This document shows positions 15,734-31,011 of a stretch of DNA of 64,000 nt, piece after piece. Made by a program: the position numbers and the translations under genes. The notes beneath the pieces were generated by a model, which worked only from the letters and a program-made list of their open reading frames with translations, was not told where the DNA came from and made no database searches. Numbering within the stretch: the stretch's first letter is position 1; each line of letters begins with the position of its first letter. Source of the DNA: the human T2T-CHM13v2.0 reference genome, Homo sapiens; the NCBI RefSeq assembly GCF_009914755.1, contig NC_060925.1. The stretch is one strand, 5' to 3'.

Positions 15734-17468
15734 CTTGCGCTCTATTTTTATTGAAATTCCATGTCTATTTGTTTTAGCAGCTGGTAGGCTTCTGGTGGCC
15801 CTCATCAGAACCCTCAGGCTTAGGTGAGTGGTAGAAATAGAGGCTGGTTACTGGGTGCCTCAGGTGGGTATGCAGGCAATGTAGACAGCAGGTGTAGACA
15901 GTGTGGAAATGAGTGGGTGGAGAGGGAGCCACAGAGGACATCACACATTCGGTGCCTACTTCCAAGTGTGAGAGAAGCTCCCTTGGAGAGATGCCTGCAT
16001 CCCTAGGGCTCAGGGCCCTGGCGACATTTGCCAGTGCTCTGGTGTTTCGAACGTCCATGGTGCAGACTAAGACCGTATGTGGCACAGGAGATGCCACCCT
16101 GAGTGAGGAGAGGAAGGAAGGTCACGACCTGGGGTTCCGCAGTCTGACAGGACTGAGGTCACACCTGTCCCTGGAGCCAAGTGCAGCTTTTCACTCGGCC
16201 ACACAGCACATTCTCTGGGAAGGGATCATGGGATCACTGTCAGCTGTCAAAGCAGCAACGCCTGCTCAAGGCTCAGCCCTCTCCAGATCACTGTTCCTGT
16301 CTTACCTTCCAAAGTCTGGCCAATCAACCTCAAAACAGTGCACTGTTAGGGCCCAGCCTAGCTAATGGTAGATCCCACTTGGAGGGGTGAAAAGAACCGG
16401 GAGCCCATGCCAGGAAACTCTCAGTTGCTCGTGATATCCCTTCTACTACTCAGGTGAGCATGGACTCTCAGCAGGGCCAGCACTTTCAGCTCCTTCTAGC
16501 AGAAGTGACTCTGTGGAAGATGGCTGAACACATCCGGCTGGGAACCCCTGTGGGATATTAGGTCACCCTGGCTGGCTCAGGCTTCCTGGGTGTGAATGTG
16601 ACTGAGTGTGGTGCAGGATGCGGGGCAAACAGAAAACAGCGGCCAGGGAAACCCTTTACAGACACCTGCATAAATCAGGCACAGGCCCACAGATCGCTTT
16701 TATTTGCCAGGTTGAAAAATTTGAAACTTGGAGAGGGGAAAATGTTTCTTCTGTGGGCATTTACACTGGGAAAAGAGATGGGCTAGCATCCTTTAAAAGG
16801 ATTTGGTCCCCATGTTGGGCTCCTCTGTGCCTCTTTTCAGGGCTCTGAGGATGCTCTAGCTGTCTGCCTAGCTGAGGTTAGCAAGGTCCCGGAAGCCGGG
16901 TCTCTTCTGAGGCCCTGGCTTTTCTAGGGGCAGAGCAAGGGCTGGCCATCTGGAGTCTGTCCTGTGCCCCCCTCAAAGGTCCAGCTCTTCTCATCTGACC
17001 TGGCCTTTATGACCCGGCAGGGCAGGGGCTGCAGACACACAGGGGGCAGCCCAAGTTGGATCCACCTGCCCAGGTGCACTTTGCCATGCCTTGGGGTTCT
17101 CAGCTTAAACTCGTGTCTAGCCTGCCTTCCACAGTCACACTGGGTTTCTGCTGATGATGCCCAGCATGCCCCAGCAGACACACACATGAGCTGACTCCGG
17201 ACCATCTGCTTGGCCAGTGGTTTCCACCAGTGCTGGAAACCAGGCACTTGTGGATTTCAACAGTTGTATTAGTCCATTGCCTTTGTGCACTTCGGCAGAA
17301 AACAAAAATGCTTTTTCTAAGTTATTACCTGTATTACATTCCTTTGATTCCTGGCAACCACAGAGTTAGATGGTATCAACACCTCTTCGTTTCTTTCCTA
17401 TCACACCTGGAAAGAGGTCCTGGTCCTTTTACATCTTAGCAACATGGCTGTAGTGAAGATGAAGACTA

Positions 17469-17900
<432 letters not shown>

Positions 17901-18724
17901 TTACTTTGCACTCCAAGACAAATGGTGATGCCCCTGTTGATAAAGTCTTCTCCTTCACCCACTACCGCCTCCTTAGAGGCTGTCTCATGCTGTATTCCCA
18001 ATGCCCTGCACAGTGTCTGCCCCATAACAGGTATTCACCATAGTCTCTGGGGAGAAAGAGGAGGAGGGGAAGGAAGTGAGCGTTATAATTTGGGGCTAGG
18101 AGTTACATTGCAGTGTAACATAACCAACAAATGTCAGTTATGGGACAAAGCTCTGGTGAGTTCTAAAATAGTACTTGAGAATACTGTTTGTAAATGATCT
18201 CTTCTTAGAGAAAAAGAATCTTCAAAGATGATCTTAGATATCCCAATTCTGCTGAGTAAGGAAAAATAAAGTCCTGACAGCAGATTTTCCTTCTAGGATT
18301 TTCACGTAATTGACAATAAATTATAGGCCCAATGGTCACTCCTGAAAAGCTTAGGCTGCAGCCATGTGGCTGCTCACGGCCACCATGCAAATGGAAAATG
18401 GGCACAGGGCATCTGTAGCAAGCATAGACTCCTTCTCAGTCTTCTTTCTCTCCAGCCGGACCCTGTCCCTTCTCCTAACCTCAACATCGGGACACTTGGC
18501 AAAGGACAGCAAGGATCTGTGGGGTTCTAGACCCTGTTCAGGAGCCGTCTAAGACAGTTTACCTCCTCACTTCAAAACAGATTCATGGCCTCAGCAGCGG
18601 GGTCAGCGGGGATCAGTGAGCACTCAGTCCATCCTCCATTTCTGCCAAGGCTGGCCAGCTGAAAGGAGGCAGCTTTGTAGGAAGTGCACATCCACTGTCT
18701 CTATAGCACTCAAGGGTCCCAATC

Positions 18725-19371
<647 letters not shown>

Positions 19372-20669
19372 TCACAGACATTCTGTGAAGGCACAGAAAG
19401 GCGACTCAATTAGCGTTTTGAAAAGTGCTCATGGCACTGGTTAAACGTGACCTTTCCAGGTAAAGGTGCACAGGAGTTGGGCAAGTCAACATGAAGTTCC
19501 AAGAGGCTGAATGGGAGTAACTGAGCCCAGATCCAGTGTCCTCCATAAGCACAAATTTGATCTGCCTTCTCACTGGGCAGTCAGCTGCATGCATGCTGAC
19601 CTGGATATTTCTCCCTTCTGAAGGCCAGAAAGGTGGGCAATGTCCCAGCACCTCTGAAATGGTCACATGGGGCCACGGGGAGTCTTAAGTCTCACCTGTT
19701 CTACACTTGTACCTTGCGTATGCTCTGGTGTTCGATGACCAGGGGAGATATTACTATGGGAGCCAGGCTGTAGGCAGGTCCAATAAAGTTGGGTTAATGG
19801 CAAAAGTTAGGTTTTCCTCAATAATTCCTCCTCTTAAAAGTATTCAATGATGCTTTCTTATTTTCACTTGTAGGTCTTGATTGTTCTGACTTGACTGAGA
19901 TTAATAAAATCTTGAGTGCAGATATCCTTATCCAAATTGCAAACAGTGTCCTCTATTCACAAATACAATACTTCCTTTGATTCAACCAAAAAATAACTAT
20001 CGGGGACCATGTTATAGATTTGATCTCACCTCTTCAACCGTATATCTAGAACTTAGTCTTCTATAAAGTGAAGGGATTGGTCTCCTCCAACTCTGTGGTT
20101 CTTCTTTCTTCCAGTGGGTACCAGGACTTCTCATAATGGCCTTTGTCTTTTCTTCTTTCCAAGCACTTTCTTCCCCACTGTGTCCAAGCTTCCCAATCCT
20201 CAAGCACCCCTGAAGCTATTCATATTTAATCTCTTCTCCTGCTGTCCTGGTGTCTGATCTCATTCTTTAGCTCATCCAACCTCAGTGTCCTACCAGATGC
20301 TCCCACTGCAGAGCTAAATGTTAAAATTTAGGGCCTGGAGCAAACACTTCAGTCATTCTTCCTTTTCTACACATTAATTACCAAATTAATCACTCTTCAG
20401 AGAGAGGTCTTCTTTTCCCCTGTTGATCCTCCTGCAGGCCCCCAGAGCAGAGCTCCATGGACTGACGTCTCCTCTCTCTGAATAGATGGCAATTGATCAA
20501 AGTCTGTCTGCTCTTTAACATCCAGAGAGCACTTCAGTGGTGTTTCTATATTTTCCTGCACTTGTTCCAACAGGTCTTTGTTTTTTGTGAGATTAAGCTT
20601 CCTTGTTTCCCTGTGCTTATCGACTCCAAGTCCTCACAAACTCACTCATTCAGGCCGCATTCCTATCTT

Positions 20670-21360
20670 TTTAAAATAAAATTATTTACTTTTAATTGTG
20701 ATGAAATAGACATAACATACAATTTACCATCTTAACCATTTAGAGTAGTACAATTCAGTGGTATGAAGTGCATTCACATTGTTCTGCAACTCTCCCCACC
20801 ATCCATTTCCAGAACTCTTTTCATCTTCCCAAACTGAAACTCTGGACCCACAAAACAACTGCCCATTCCTTCTCCCCCTACCTGCTGGTGACCACCATTC
20901 TGTTACCTGTCTCTATGAATCTAACTACTGTACTACCTCATATAAGTGGAGTCATCCAGTATTTGTCCTTTTGTGACTGGATCATTTCACTGAGCATAAC
21001 ATCCTCAAAGTTCATCCACACTGTAGCACGTGTCAGATTTTCCTTCTATTTTAAGACTGAATAATATTCCATTGTATAGATAGACCGTATTTTGTTTATT
21101 CATCTACTGATGGACATCAGGGTTGCTTCCACATTTAGGCTATTGAGAATGATGTTGCCACAACACAGGTGTACAAATACCTCTTTCCTAAATTCTCTTG
21201 GGTTCATACCCAGAGGTGGAATTGCTGGATCATATGGTCAATTCTAAGCTTAATTTTTTGAGGAATCAATATATTTTCTATAGCAGCTGCACCATTTTAC
21301 ATTCTCACCAACAGTGCACCAGGGTTACAATTTCTCCACATCCTTGCTAACACTTACCAC
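20670..21360 (-). mobile_element. L1MB-like 3' end
   Basis: Classic antisense L1MB 3' UTR text (aatttaccatcttaaccattt...ggaattgctggatcatatgg). Confidence 0.88.
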
Positions 21361-21469
21361 ATCCCTATCCTTTTCATTTAAAATACAATTCATCACAAGC
21401 CATAATTCAGGAGGGAACAAGGCCATGCAAGATGAAGTCTCAGGGAAGAATAAAGGCAACAGGTTTCTA

Positions 21470-21868
<399 letters not shown>

Positions 21869-22029
21869 TCAAATTTTCCAACAGAAATATTAAAGATATT
21901 CTGTTGGAATATTCTGTATGTATTGGCAGCTACTTTTATAAATAAAATGTGTGTCTATAAATACACAAGTTTGATGTTCACATCCGTTAATGTAATGCAT
22001 TTTTATGGCAGAACCACTTCACGCATCTA

Positions 22030-22472
22030 AGCACAATTCACAACTGCAAAAATATTATGGAACCAACCTAAATGTCCATCAGCCAACGAGTGGATAAAGA
22101 AAATGTGTTATATATATACACCATGGACTACTACTCAGCCATGAAATGGAACAAAATGGCCTTTACAGTGACTTGGATGAAGTTGGAGGTCATTATTCTA
22201 AGTGAAGTAACTTAGGAATGGAAAACCAAATATCATATGTTCTCATTTATAAGTGGGAGCTAAGCTGTGAGGAGGCAAAAGCGTAAGAATAATCTAATGG
22301 ACTCTGGGGACACTCAAGGGGAAGGGTGGAGGATAAAAGACTACACATTCATGCAATGTACACTGCTCGGGTGATGGATGCACCAAACTCTCAGAAATCA
22401 CCACTAAAGAACTTATCCATGTATCCAAAAACCACCTGCTCACTAAAACCTATTGAAATTAAAATAAAAAAA
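22030..22472 (+). mobile_element. L1PB-like 3' end
   Basis: ggaaccaacctaaatgtccatc...gtacactgctcgggtgatgg...caccactaaagaacttatccatg followed by an A tail. Confidence 0.88.
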
Positions 22473-25400
22473 AATTGTTTATTTGGACAAGTGAAGGTGG
22501 GATTCCTTCAGAACCTTTCCTTATACAGCTACATTTTTGGATCTTAATACAATTTTTCTCTTGGAAATCAGTGTCACTGACAAGAATAATCCCTACCCAA
22601 TGGGACAGTAAACAATGACAGTAGCCAAGACTCCCAGAAAATCTCAATTTTACATTTCAGGACAAATCACTTAGGTGGCTCTTGCTTTGAAAGAACAGAA
22701 CAAGAACCTGTTAAATTAGGGAGAAAAACTTGGTTTCGAAGCTCCCATCTACCTTGGAATTCACATAAACAGTGTAGTCTACAGAAGCCAGTGTCATTAA
22801 CTGGGTCACTACCAGGGCTCTCTCTACTCCCTCCCCTCCTCCCCCTTCACGATCATCTGAAGTCAAATAGTTTTAAGATGATGCTGGCAGAGCAACAGCC
22901 TTACAGTTCAAGAGTAACAATGAAAAATGACCAAGTAGGAGTTGAGGGGTTAAACCCACTGACTTCCGTGCACTTCCTCTCCTGAGTAGTGCTATTTGCG
23001 TTCTTAAGTATTTAATTTAAAATGATACAGAATGCCCATTCTGGGAATTTTATATTCATGGAAGTGGGGACTGTGGGCTGTAGCCTGCTGTTTGGCAAGC
23101 CCTCAGCCCAGATGGGGTTCTACAAGGTGTTTAATCAGATCCTAGAGCAGCACACGACTGCCATGTTTAATTACTCTAATTTAATGGAGCATTCCACAAG
23201 ATCCGCTTGGTTTGGCATCAATGATTATGGTCGTGGGGAAGAGGGGCAAGGGCCCAGACGCCCAGTCCCAGCTTGTTTCATACACAGCGATGGAGGAGAC
23301 TCTGCCAGGGCCTGAAGTCTCCATCTGCAGATGTGTATTTACAGCCAGCACTGATTTAGTTGAGGCAATTTACTGAAATGCTACCACTCTGAAGCCCTCT
23401 CCTGCACACAGCCTTCCTCATGGCTTTCACTGGGTCACAGTAAGGCTGGGAGAGCAGCTCTTTATTACAAGTCTTCCAACACCACTGCCTAATAGCCTGA
23501 TTGATGGGTACTGATGGCCAGGACACTGGAAGTCTTACCCTTCATTTTGTTTTTTCACTAACTCAGCTCCAGCTTTGCAGCCAAAGGGTATTTTTGCATG
23601 TCAAGGGGGCTCATTATTTTTCATTTGTTCTACTTAAAAAACAGGCTGCTCTGCAAATTTTAGGCAGATCCCTGATATTAAGAGATGAAAAACAAAGATA
23701 AATGTTTTTAAGAGTCTGCAGATGCTAAAATTTAATCAAAACATTGTAAGGATTTAAGAGGGCAGTACACTTTTTGGTATTAACATGAACTAGAGAGGAC
23801 TTGCAGGATTTATGTTTTTGTGTTTTTTAAAAGCAACTTAAAGGTCCCCAAATCTCGTGTGTCAAAATGCAAGAGTGTGACATTTGGGGGTGATGCCCAT
23901 TTAAACCTTTTATAAAATACATGAGGAGATACTTCCTTTGTACTTGTTTCTGCCTAATTCCTATTACTGAAAGTCAGGAAACTTGCTCTTTGGTTTAATT
24001 TGGTTTAATTTATAGGTCAGAAATCAAATGCATTCCTTGGGTCTTGGCAGGTCTCTTACCATTTTCTCTCCTGTTGGTCATAAATACAGTTTCCTCCTAC
24101 CTGCCCCTAACTGGTGTTAAATAGAACCCATTTAGTTCTATTTTCTTTTTTGGGAGTGAGTAGTATGCCTGACTTGCTTACACTAGAGCTAGGGAAGTGG
24201 TTTTAAATGTGTTAAGCACAAAATCCACAGACACTCAAATGAACTGAAATTGTTTCTTACTAACCAGTAATTCAACGGAGAAAAGTGTGTGCAAAAATCT
24301 TTATTACTTCTTCCCAGCCCCATACTCAACTTGGAAATTCTAAAGAATAAACACTGGTGTGATTTCAGGGAATCTGAGGCTATTTAATGATCCCCAGAGT
24401 TTGACCTGAAAGTAGTGGGCTTTTGTCTCTTAGAAAGATTCACACAAATGTATTTCTTGGTGGGGCAGTGATTGTCATGGTCAAGAGGGTGGCTCTGCCT
24501 CAGATGGTGGCTTGTTTCTTGTGACACAATCGTTCCATCCAGTAGAAAACAGTAGAATTAACTCTTAAAGAGGTTATGTTCACAGCTTCTCCACAACTAG
24601 AGAATTCATTTGTTGATCAGTCTAAATTGTATGCCAATTCTTTCTCTAAACCACAGATCTAGGTTTCTCAGGCCAATTATTTTATACAAGGAGCAGGTGA
24701 TTTTCCTATTCAAGCACTCGTCTATTATCATCATTACAGGTCTTTATTATTAATGTTTTTATAGTTATCTTTTTTATTTTTGGATGTGCCAATAAGAAGC
24801 TATGTTTTATGGCTTCATGACTTTGAAGGCTAAAAATAATAGGTGATCAAATTCTGCAGTTTAGTGGACTCCCAGAACAGACTCAAAAGATAATTGTCAG
24901 CAGCAAAGGCAAAACTGTACTATCAGTCCCCTCAACTGTAACTTAGGTTTCTAATCATAAGCCTTCTCCTAGCTATAGAGAATAGCAGGATAAAAGCCTA
25001 AATAACTTTGTCACATACTAAAATGGCCTTAATACATAATAGTTCACTCCATATGGTTAGAAAAACCTGCTTATTCTAAAATAATTTTTTTAGCAGATAT
25101 ATTCCACAAAATATTTGGTTTGTATCCAGTAAGTCATAGCAAGTCAATATGTTTAGTTTTTAAGGGGTACATTTTGTAACAGTGTTCACCAGGACACCAA
25201 GTTGTTCAAAACTACATGTACTATGGGAGCACGTAGTTGGTTGGTTGTTGACTGGAAACATGTTTGAAAGAGCTTAACAGACCCAAATCATTTTGGCCCT
25301 GTTTTTTGACATGGCCCTTTGGAGATGGACTTGAGAGAGACTATTCATTCCTTTGCTAGTATAGACTGAGAACTGTGTTTTCAAGAAATGTCTTCTGGTT

Positions 25401-25679
25401 TTGTCATCATGCCTTCGGAAGATGGAATGGCTTTCCATTCAGCTAGGTTTTGGTCAGATTCCTTTATTTTCTCTAAATGATGTCCACCTTTCCACCTGAT
25501 TAGTTGCTCTAAAGCAAATGCATACACCCTTGATCAAATACGCAGGAGAGCTGTATTCCAGGCCCTTGCCAGGAGCATAACTGTTTGTTGTTAAGCCTTT
25601 ACTAAAGGCAAGAGATATTTCTGGAAAACCGTCTGATGAACATGCAGTTCATGGATTCCTTTGAAGTCTAGGGCGTATC

Positions 25680-26620
25680 CCTGGATCCAACCCTTCCAAC
25701 TCGTCTCCAACCCAGTTCTGTGGGCTCTATCTCCAAATACATTCTCACGTGTAGCCTACCTACTTCTCTCCACTTTCACTGCCTTACCACAGGCCGTGCC
25801 AACACCATCTCTTACCTAGACTGGTCTTCCTCGTGTACTTTGCCTTATGCCTGGCATTGGTAAATTATACTCGTGAGTGGCCTGTTTTTGTGTGGTCTTG
25901 CAAGCTAAGAATGACTCTTACCATCTTTAAAGGGTATTAAATAGAAATTTGAAAATATGCAACAGAGGCAGTCAGTGACTCCCAAGGCCTCAAATCGTTC
26001 GTTTGCAGAAAAAGCCCCACACAGAAAGTTTGAAGACCTACATGGTCCATTCTGCTTTAGAAGTCAGAATAATCCATTTAAAATAGAGCTCTCATCAGGC
26101 ATCTTTCCTGCTTCAATGGCTTCTTTTTGACTTGGAACAAAATCCAAAGTCTAGCATGGCCTCCAGTTCCTTCATGGTGTGGCTTTTGCTGATCTCTTCA
26201 AGCACATCTCCCTCCACTCTACCCTCCGTTACGTCCTGGCTTCTGCTAGACTTCTTGAATACACTAACCTTAGGGACTTTGAACCTCATGTGCCCTCGTC
26301 TACCCATGGACCACCCTATCTAGGTCCTGATTCCTCATCTTTAAAAAGGGGAGTGATGATGGCACCTACCTCACATGGCTGCTAGGTAGGTAACACAAAG
26401 CTCAACAGGACCTGGCACCCAGGAGCTATTCAAACAGTATCAGTGTTTATAATAATTACTTAAGGTAGCCTGTTGCAGGTACTTTTATTTCTGTCTTTCA
26501 TGTTTTGAAGTGATCTTATGTCTGTCTCCCCATATTAGATTGTATGCCTGTGCACACAGGGGCCCTGACCGGTTGATCACTGTTGGATTTTCAGCTCCTA
26601 GCATGCTGCCTGGTTCACAC
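25680..26620 (+). mobile_element. L2 3' fragment with nested MER58-like (~25850-26045) and MIR (~26320-26450) insertions
   Basis: L2 motifs (acttctctccac...caccatctctt, aaatccaaagtct, ttagattgtatgcc...gggccctg); MER58-like gcaagctaagaatg...cagaaagtttg. Confidence 0.6.
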
Positions 26621-26925
26621 TGATGGGAAAGAAAAAAAAGGGAAGGAGGGAGGAAGGACAGTATCTATGTGGCCCATAAGGTCCTTATTCCCTGAAAATC
26701 TCCAGTCCCTGGCTGCAAATTTTGGATGTGCACCTGTGCATTTCATAGAGGGCAGCTGCATGAAACAGCTTTAGGAAGCCTACTGCTACATCCACTGTGA
26801 GAATGTTAATTGTTCAATATGCCTCTCATGTGAAGCCCATATGGAAAATTCCTTTTGGGGCCAATTCTAAGAGTCAGTTTGCTTCCTCTGAATTCTTGAT
26901 ATGCTTTCTGTTCTTCAAAGGTTGA

Positions 26926-27441
<516 letters not shown>

Positions 27442-27687
27442 TAAATGAGATGGATGAAAAGTTCAGAGAATAGTGTCCGCCACACAGCAGCTATTAAAAA
27501 CTGCTAGGTACTCCTTCCTGAAATCGATCTGGGATTCTATGAGAAAGGAGCTGAACAGTATTTAATACAAATCAAGGTTCTAAATGACCTGAAATAAATT
27601 CACATACAGTCAGACTGTTGACATGTTAGATCACAAAAAATCTAGTCACCTGACAACACCATTTCTTATGTGGACTTCTTTTAAACA

Positions 27688-27693
27688 TTTATT
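27688..27693 (-). terminator. Distal polyadenylation signal AATAAA
   Basis: TTTATT on +; a GU/U-rich element (ggtgttgtc...ttttttgtg) follows ~30 nt downstream on the minus strand. Confidence 0.85.
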
Positions 27694-28415
27694 AAAAAAG
27701 CAAAATGTATGTTCATCTCAAATCTAACAGTTAAAAATGGTAAAGCAATACAAACAATGTGTTACTAGCAGCATCCAGTCGTTAGAATCTCTCACCCTGC
27801 TTCTCGGTCTGATCTGTGCAAGCTCAGTCTCTTCTGAGCCTGCAGCTACCTCCATCCCTCATCGTAGTGCAGGCCAAACCAAATTTTATAAAATTAACAA
27901 TTTAAGGTTAAATAAGCTTAAATAAGGGTGTTAAATACAAGACACTTCATCAAAGCTTCTGTACAAAGATAAACAAATCTGGCATTGTACAAGTGGTTCC
28001 GCTGGCTCACAGCACACAGGGAAGTTCTAGTGAGTAAGCAGATTCACTCTCATTTCTTTCCAGCAGAGCAACTATACAAAAGTGAACTAAGAGTTGAAGT
28101 GACTACTGACCACTCGGTGAGCCATTTACAAGGCATATGTATCTTTTTTTTGTTTTTAATCAGAACACTGTTAATATTCAGGCACCATTTGTTCCTGCAA
28201 ATAAATAAGTCTCTAAGGTAACTGCATCTGAACTAGTGTTAAACACAACAGTGCTTTTTTTTTTTTTTAATCCCCCCACAAAGCTTTTCCAACTATGTAC
28301 TATGCCTCCTTTCTTATTGCTATGGTAATGTGGCTGTGGAAATAAAACTACTGTACATCCAAAAAAATAGAGCACCTTTAACATTAAAGTATATGTCTGA
28401 TTATTTGTTCTCATG

Positions 28416-28421
28416 TTTATT
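28416..28421 (-). terminator. Candidate proximal polyadenylation signal AATAAA
   Basis: TTTATT on +; TGTA immediately upstream and a U-rich tract downstream on the minus strand. Confidence 0.45.
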
Positions 28422-28823
28422 TTACAATACTAAAGCCCAAACTATGGTAAATTGCTTTACATCTCTACCAGGTCACCTGATATACAGGAAATAAAACTCA
28501 ACTATCTTCCCTCTTGAGGTAAGCCCAAGCCAGAGCACTGTTTTAGCAGAGTCTAAAAGAAAAAGGTCTCAACTGTCGCCAGGGTTTACATTCATCTTCA
28601 CACCAGGAGTTACATTCATTCATCTTCACATCGGCGCTGCTCTCTGCCGTGGTTACCGAGAAAGAGTCGAGGCTCCCTATCCTGCTGTGGTGAATGGTGC
28701 TACACAGAATGGAACAGCAAAAACATTTACGATTGGTTGAAAGCACACAGAAAAACCACATGTTTGTGACTTCAAAGGGACAAGGGGCATTTCCCAGTGG
28801 TCCCTTGATGAGGTGCGGATTGG

Positions 28824-28970
28824 CTAAGATTTTTTGTCGATGGTGGTGAAAAACCATTCTGTGAATTTCCGCAGCTGAGCTGTCGCGGTCTGGGACTCCT
28901 CCTGCAGTCTCATGTTGTCCTGTCTCAGGTGCTGCACTTCTGCTTGGAGAACGGCCTTGTCTTGTTTTTC
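28824..28970 (-). CDS. SIPA1L2: SIPA1L2 terminal exon, coding part: [48 protein letters not shown]
   Basis: Acceptor ctctgaccag|GAA; TAG stop at 28824-28826; coiled-coil pattern. Confidence 0.97.
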   Translation of the reverse strand, partial: EKQDKAVLQAEVQHLRQDNMRLQEESQTATAQLRKFTEWFFTTIDKKS

Positions 28971-30898
28971 CTGGTCAGAGTAGAAATAAACTGAGTCATG
29001 GAGACTGATCGATACATTCATTCCTCCTAAGCTGGGCTACGAGAATCTTTGATTCTTATTTTTACTTATGTACTTTTTGAGGGGAGAAGGGGTGACTTTC
29101 TTTAGTGAGGGGACTTTTCTGATCCTGATTCCTGCTGATGACAAAGGGATGGGAATGAACACTCCACACACCCTGTTCTTTCATCCCACTCTGCTCCCAT
29201 GGGGTGCTAAGATAGCCTTTATATAGGAAGGGTGTTCATCATAGTTTATATTACCCTCTATCCAAAAAAGGGAGACTACAGGGAGGTTAAAGGTAATACC
29301 CTTTTGACAAATGCACAAAACTTTCTAAGTAGAAAATTGGAATTAGCAGAGCTGTTACATATGTTTATAATAAAATATGTACTTAGGTCTTTCATTCCAT
29401 CAAGCTTTCCTGCTATACTATATTTCCATAATGACCCTTAAAATCTGCTATTAAAAACTGTGTAAAAATAATCAAGACTTTCAGAAGAATCACATCTGGA
29501 GTTTCCAACATGTAGCAATAAAAAAATGTATAGCAGCAGTTTCAGTTCCCCCCCTGCTGAAAGGGATGCCTTGCCCTAAATGAATAGAGGGGTCACTGTC
29601 AGATTGTAACAATCGGTATTTCTGTAACGGGATCTAACTCAACCACTACAGCCACCACATGCCACCCCCAGCACTGTGCAGGAGCATTGAGTGAGGTGAG
29701 TGGACGCCCCCACCCTTGGCATATCTGGTCCTGCCCTCAAGGCTTCCTCGTTTCCTGAGCCCTTCCAAGGCCCTCCTCAATACCACCTGCCTGGTCACTG
29801 GCCCAAAAGACACTGGTCCTCAGAGGAGGCCTGAATCAGAGCTGACCACTCACTTTGCTGTAAGGAGCAACTGCAGCCCACCCTGGATAGACTCACTTCA
29901 CTCTAAGAAGCAGCTGCAGCCCACCCTGGATACTGACTCTCCCCGGACATTCCTCACCACGACTCTCAGTCCCAAGACAGTCTGAGTCCCACAGCTCAGC
30001 ACATCTCTGCTGCGACTCGGCTGCCCACCTCTCCACATCCCTGCAAACCTTTTATTGTGATCCATGAACTTGGATTCTGCCAAGAAGACCTTGTGCATGC
30101 TCAGTCTCTCCTGAAATTCCTTTCGTCTTCGTGCTCTAAGTGAATCCTGGCTCCCTCCCGAGGAGACCGTCCCCAGCAGCTCACTATGGGGGTCGGGCAG
30201 GCAGACAGTGCATCCTCTATTGTTCAGGCCAGATCTCCACTACTTCCTACAATTCCAGCTCCTCTAAAAAACGTGCCATTAGGTCATGAGACCTGCTACC
30301 CCTCCTGGCTGCAATTATCTACTGTATCCCCAGTTCCAACCATCATTACGGGAAGATTCTAGAACCTGGTTTGCTCTTTTCTCCCCATCCCACTCCTGTC
30401 ATCTGTGTTGATGATTTCGAATCCACTGAGATATTCCATCTGACACTCTGGCCGTTCAGCCTCTCCATCGCTTTCTCTCAGTGATCTTCAAACCCCACCC
30501 TCCTCAACCCCCACTCCCATGACCACATCCTATACCATGCTATTGTCAATGACTGCACCTCTTCCTAAAAGTTTCAAGTTCCTACTTCTTGACCACCACC
30601 TCCAGTCTTTTAAAAATAATTTCTCCAGTATCCACTCCTCCAGTAATGATAGACTCCATCAATCTTATCAATCTTACTCTTATTTTCACTGTCCACCAAC
30701 ACCTCCAACCCAGCCATTCCCCAGCAGTGACATTATTTCTCTTCAACCAGCCTGGACTCCAGGTTCTTTGGTTTATTCATGCCCTGTACACGCCCCAGGG
30801 TCCTTGTCTCTCTCTCTCTCTCTCGTCTTGATTTCCCGTCTAAACTTTAATATTGGCTAAATTCAACTCTCCAACGGTTCTACACTTGCAGCTGGAGA

Positions 30899-31011
30899 TA
30901 GGGTGACCAGCCATCCCAGCTTGCATGGGACTTTGCCGGTTCTAATATGGAAACTTCCACATCCTAGAAAACTTCTCCATCCCGGGCAAACTGGGACAGC
31001 TGGTCACCCAA
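30899..31011. mobile_element. MER81 (hAT-Blackjack MITE) within an old L2 region (~29950-31600)
   Basis: TIRs TAGGGTGACCAGC...GCTGGTCACCC; 8-bp TSD GCTGG(A/G)GA at 30891-30898 and 31012-31019. Confidence 0.85.

Larger units (their letters stand above)
27665..28823 (-). other. SIPA1L2: SIPA1L2 3' UTR (~1.15 kb)
   Basis: Repeat-free, U-rich sequence between the stop codon and the AATAAA; contains several miRNA seed matches. Confidence 0.85.
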
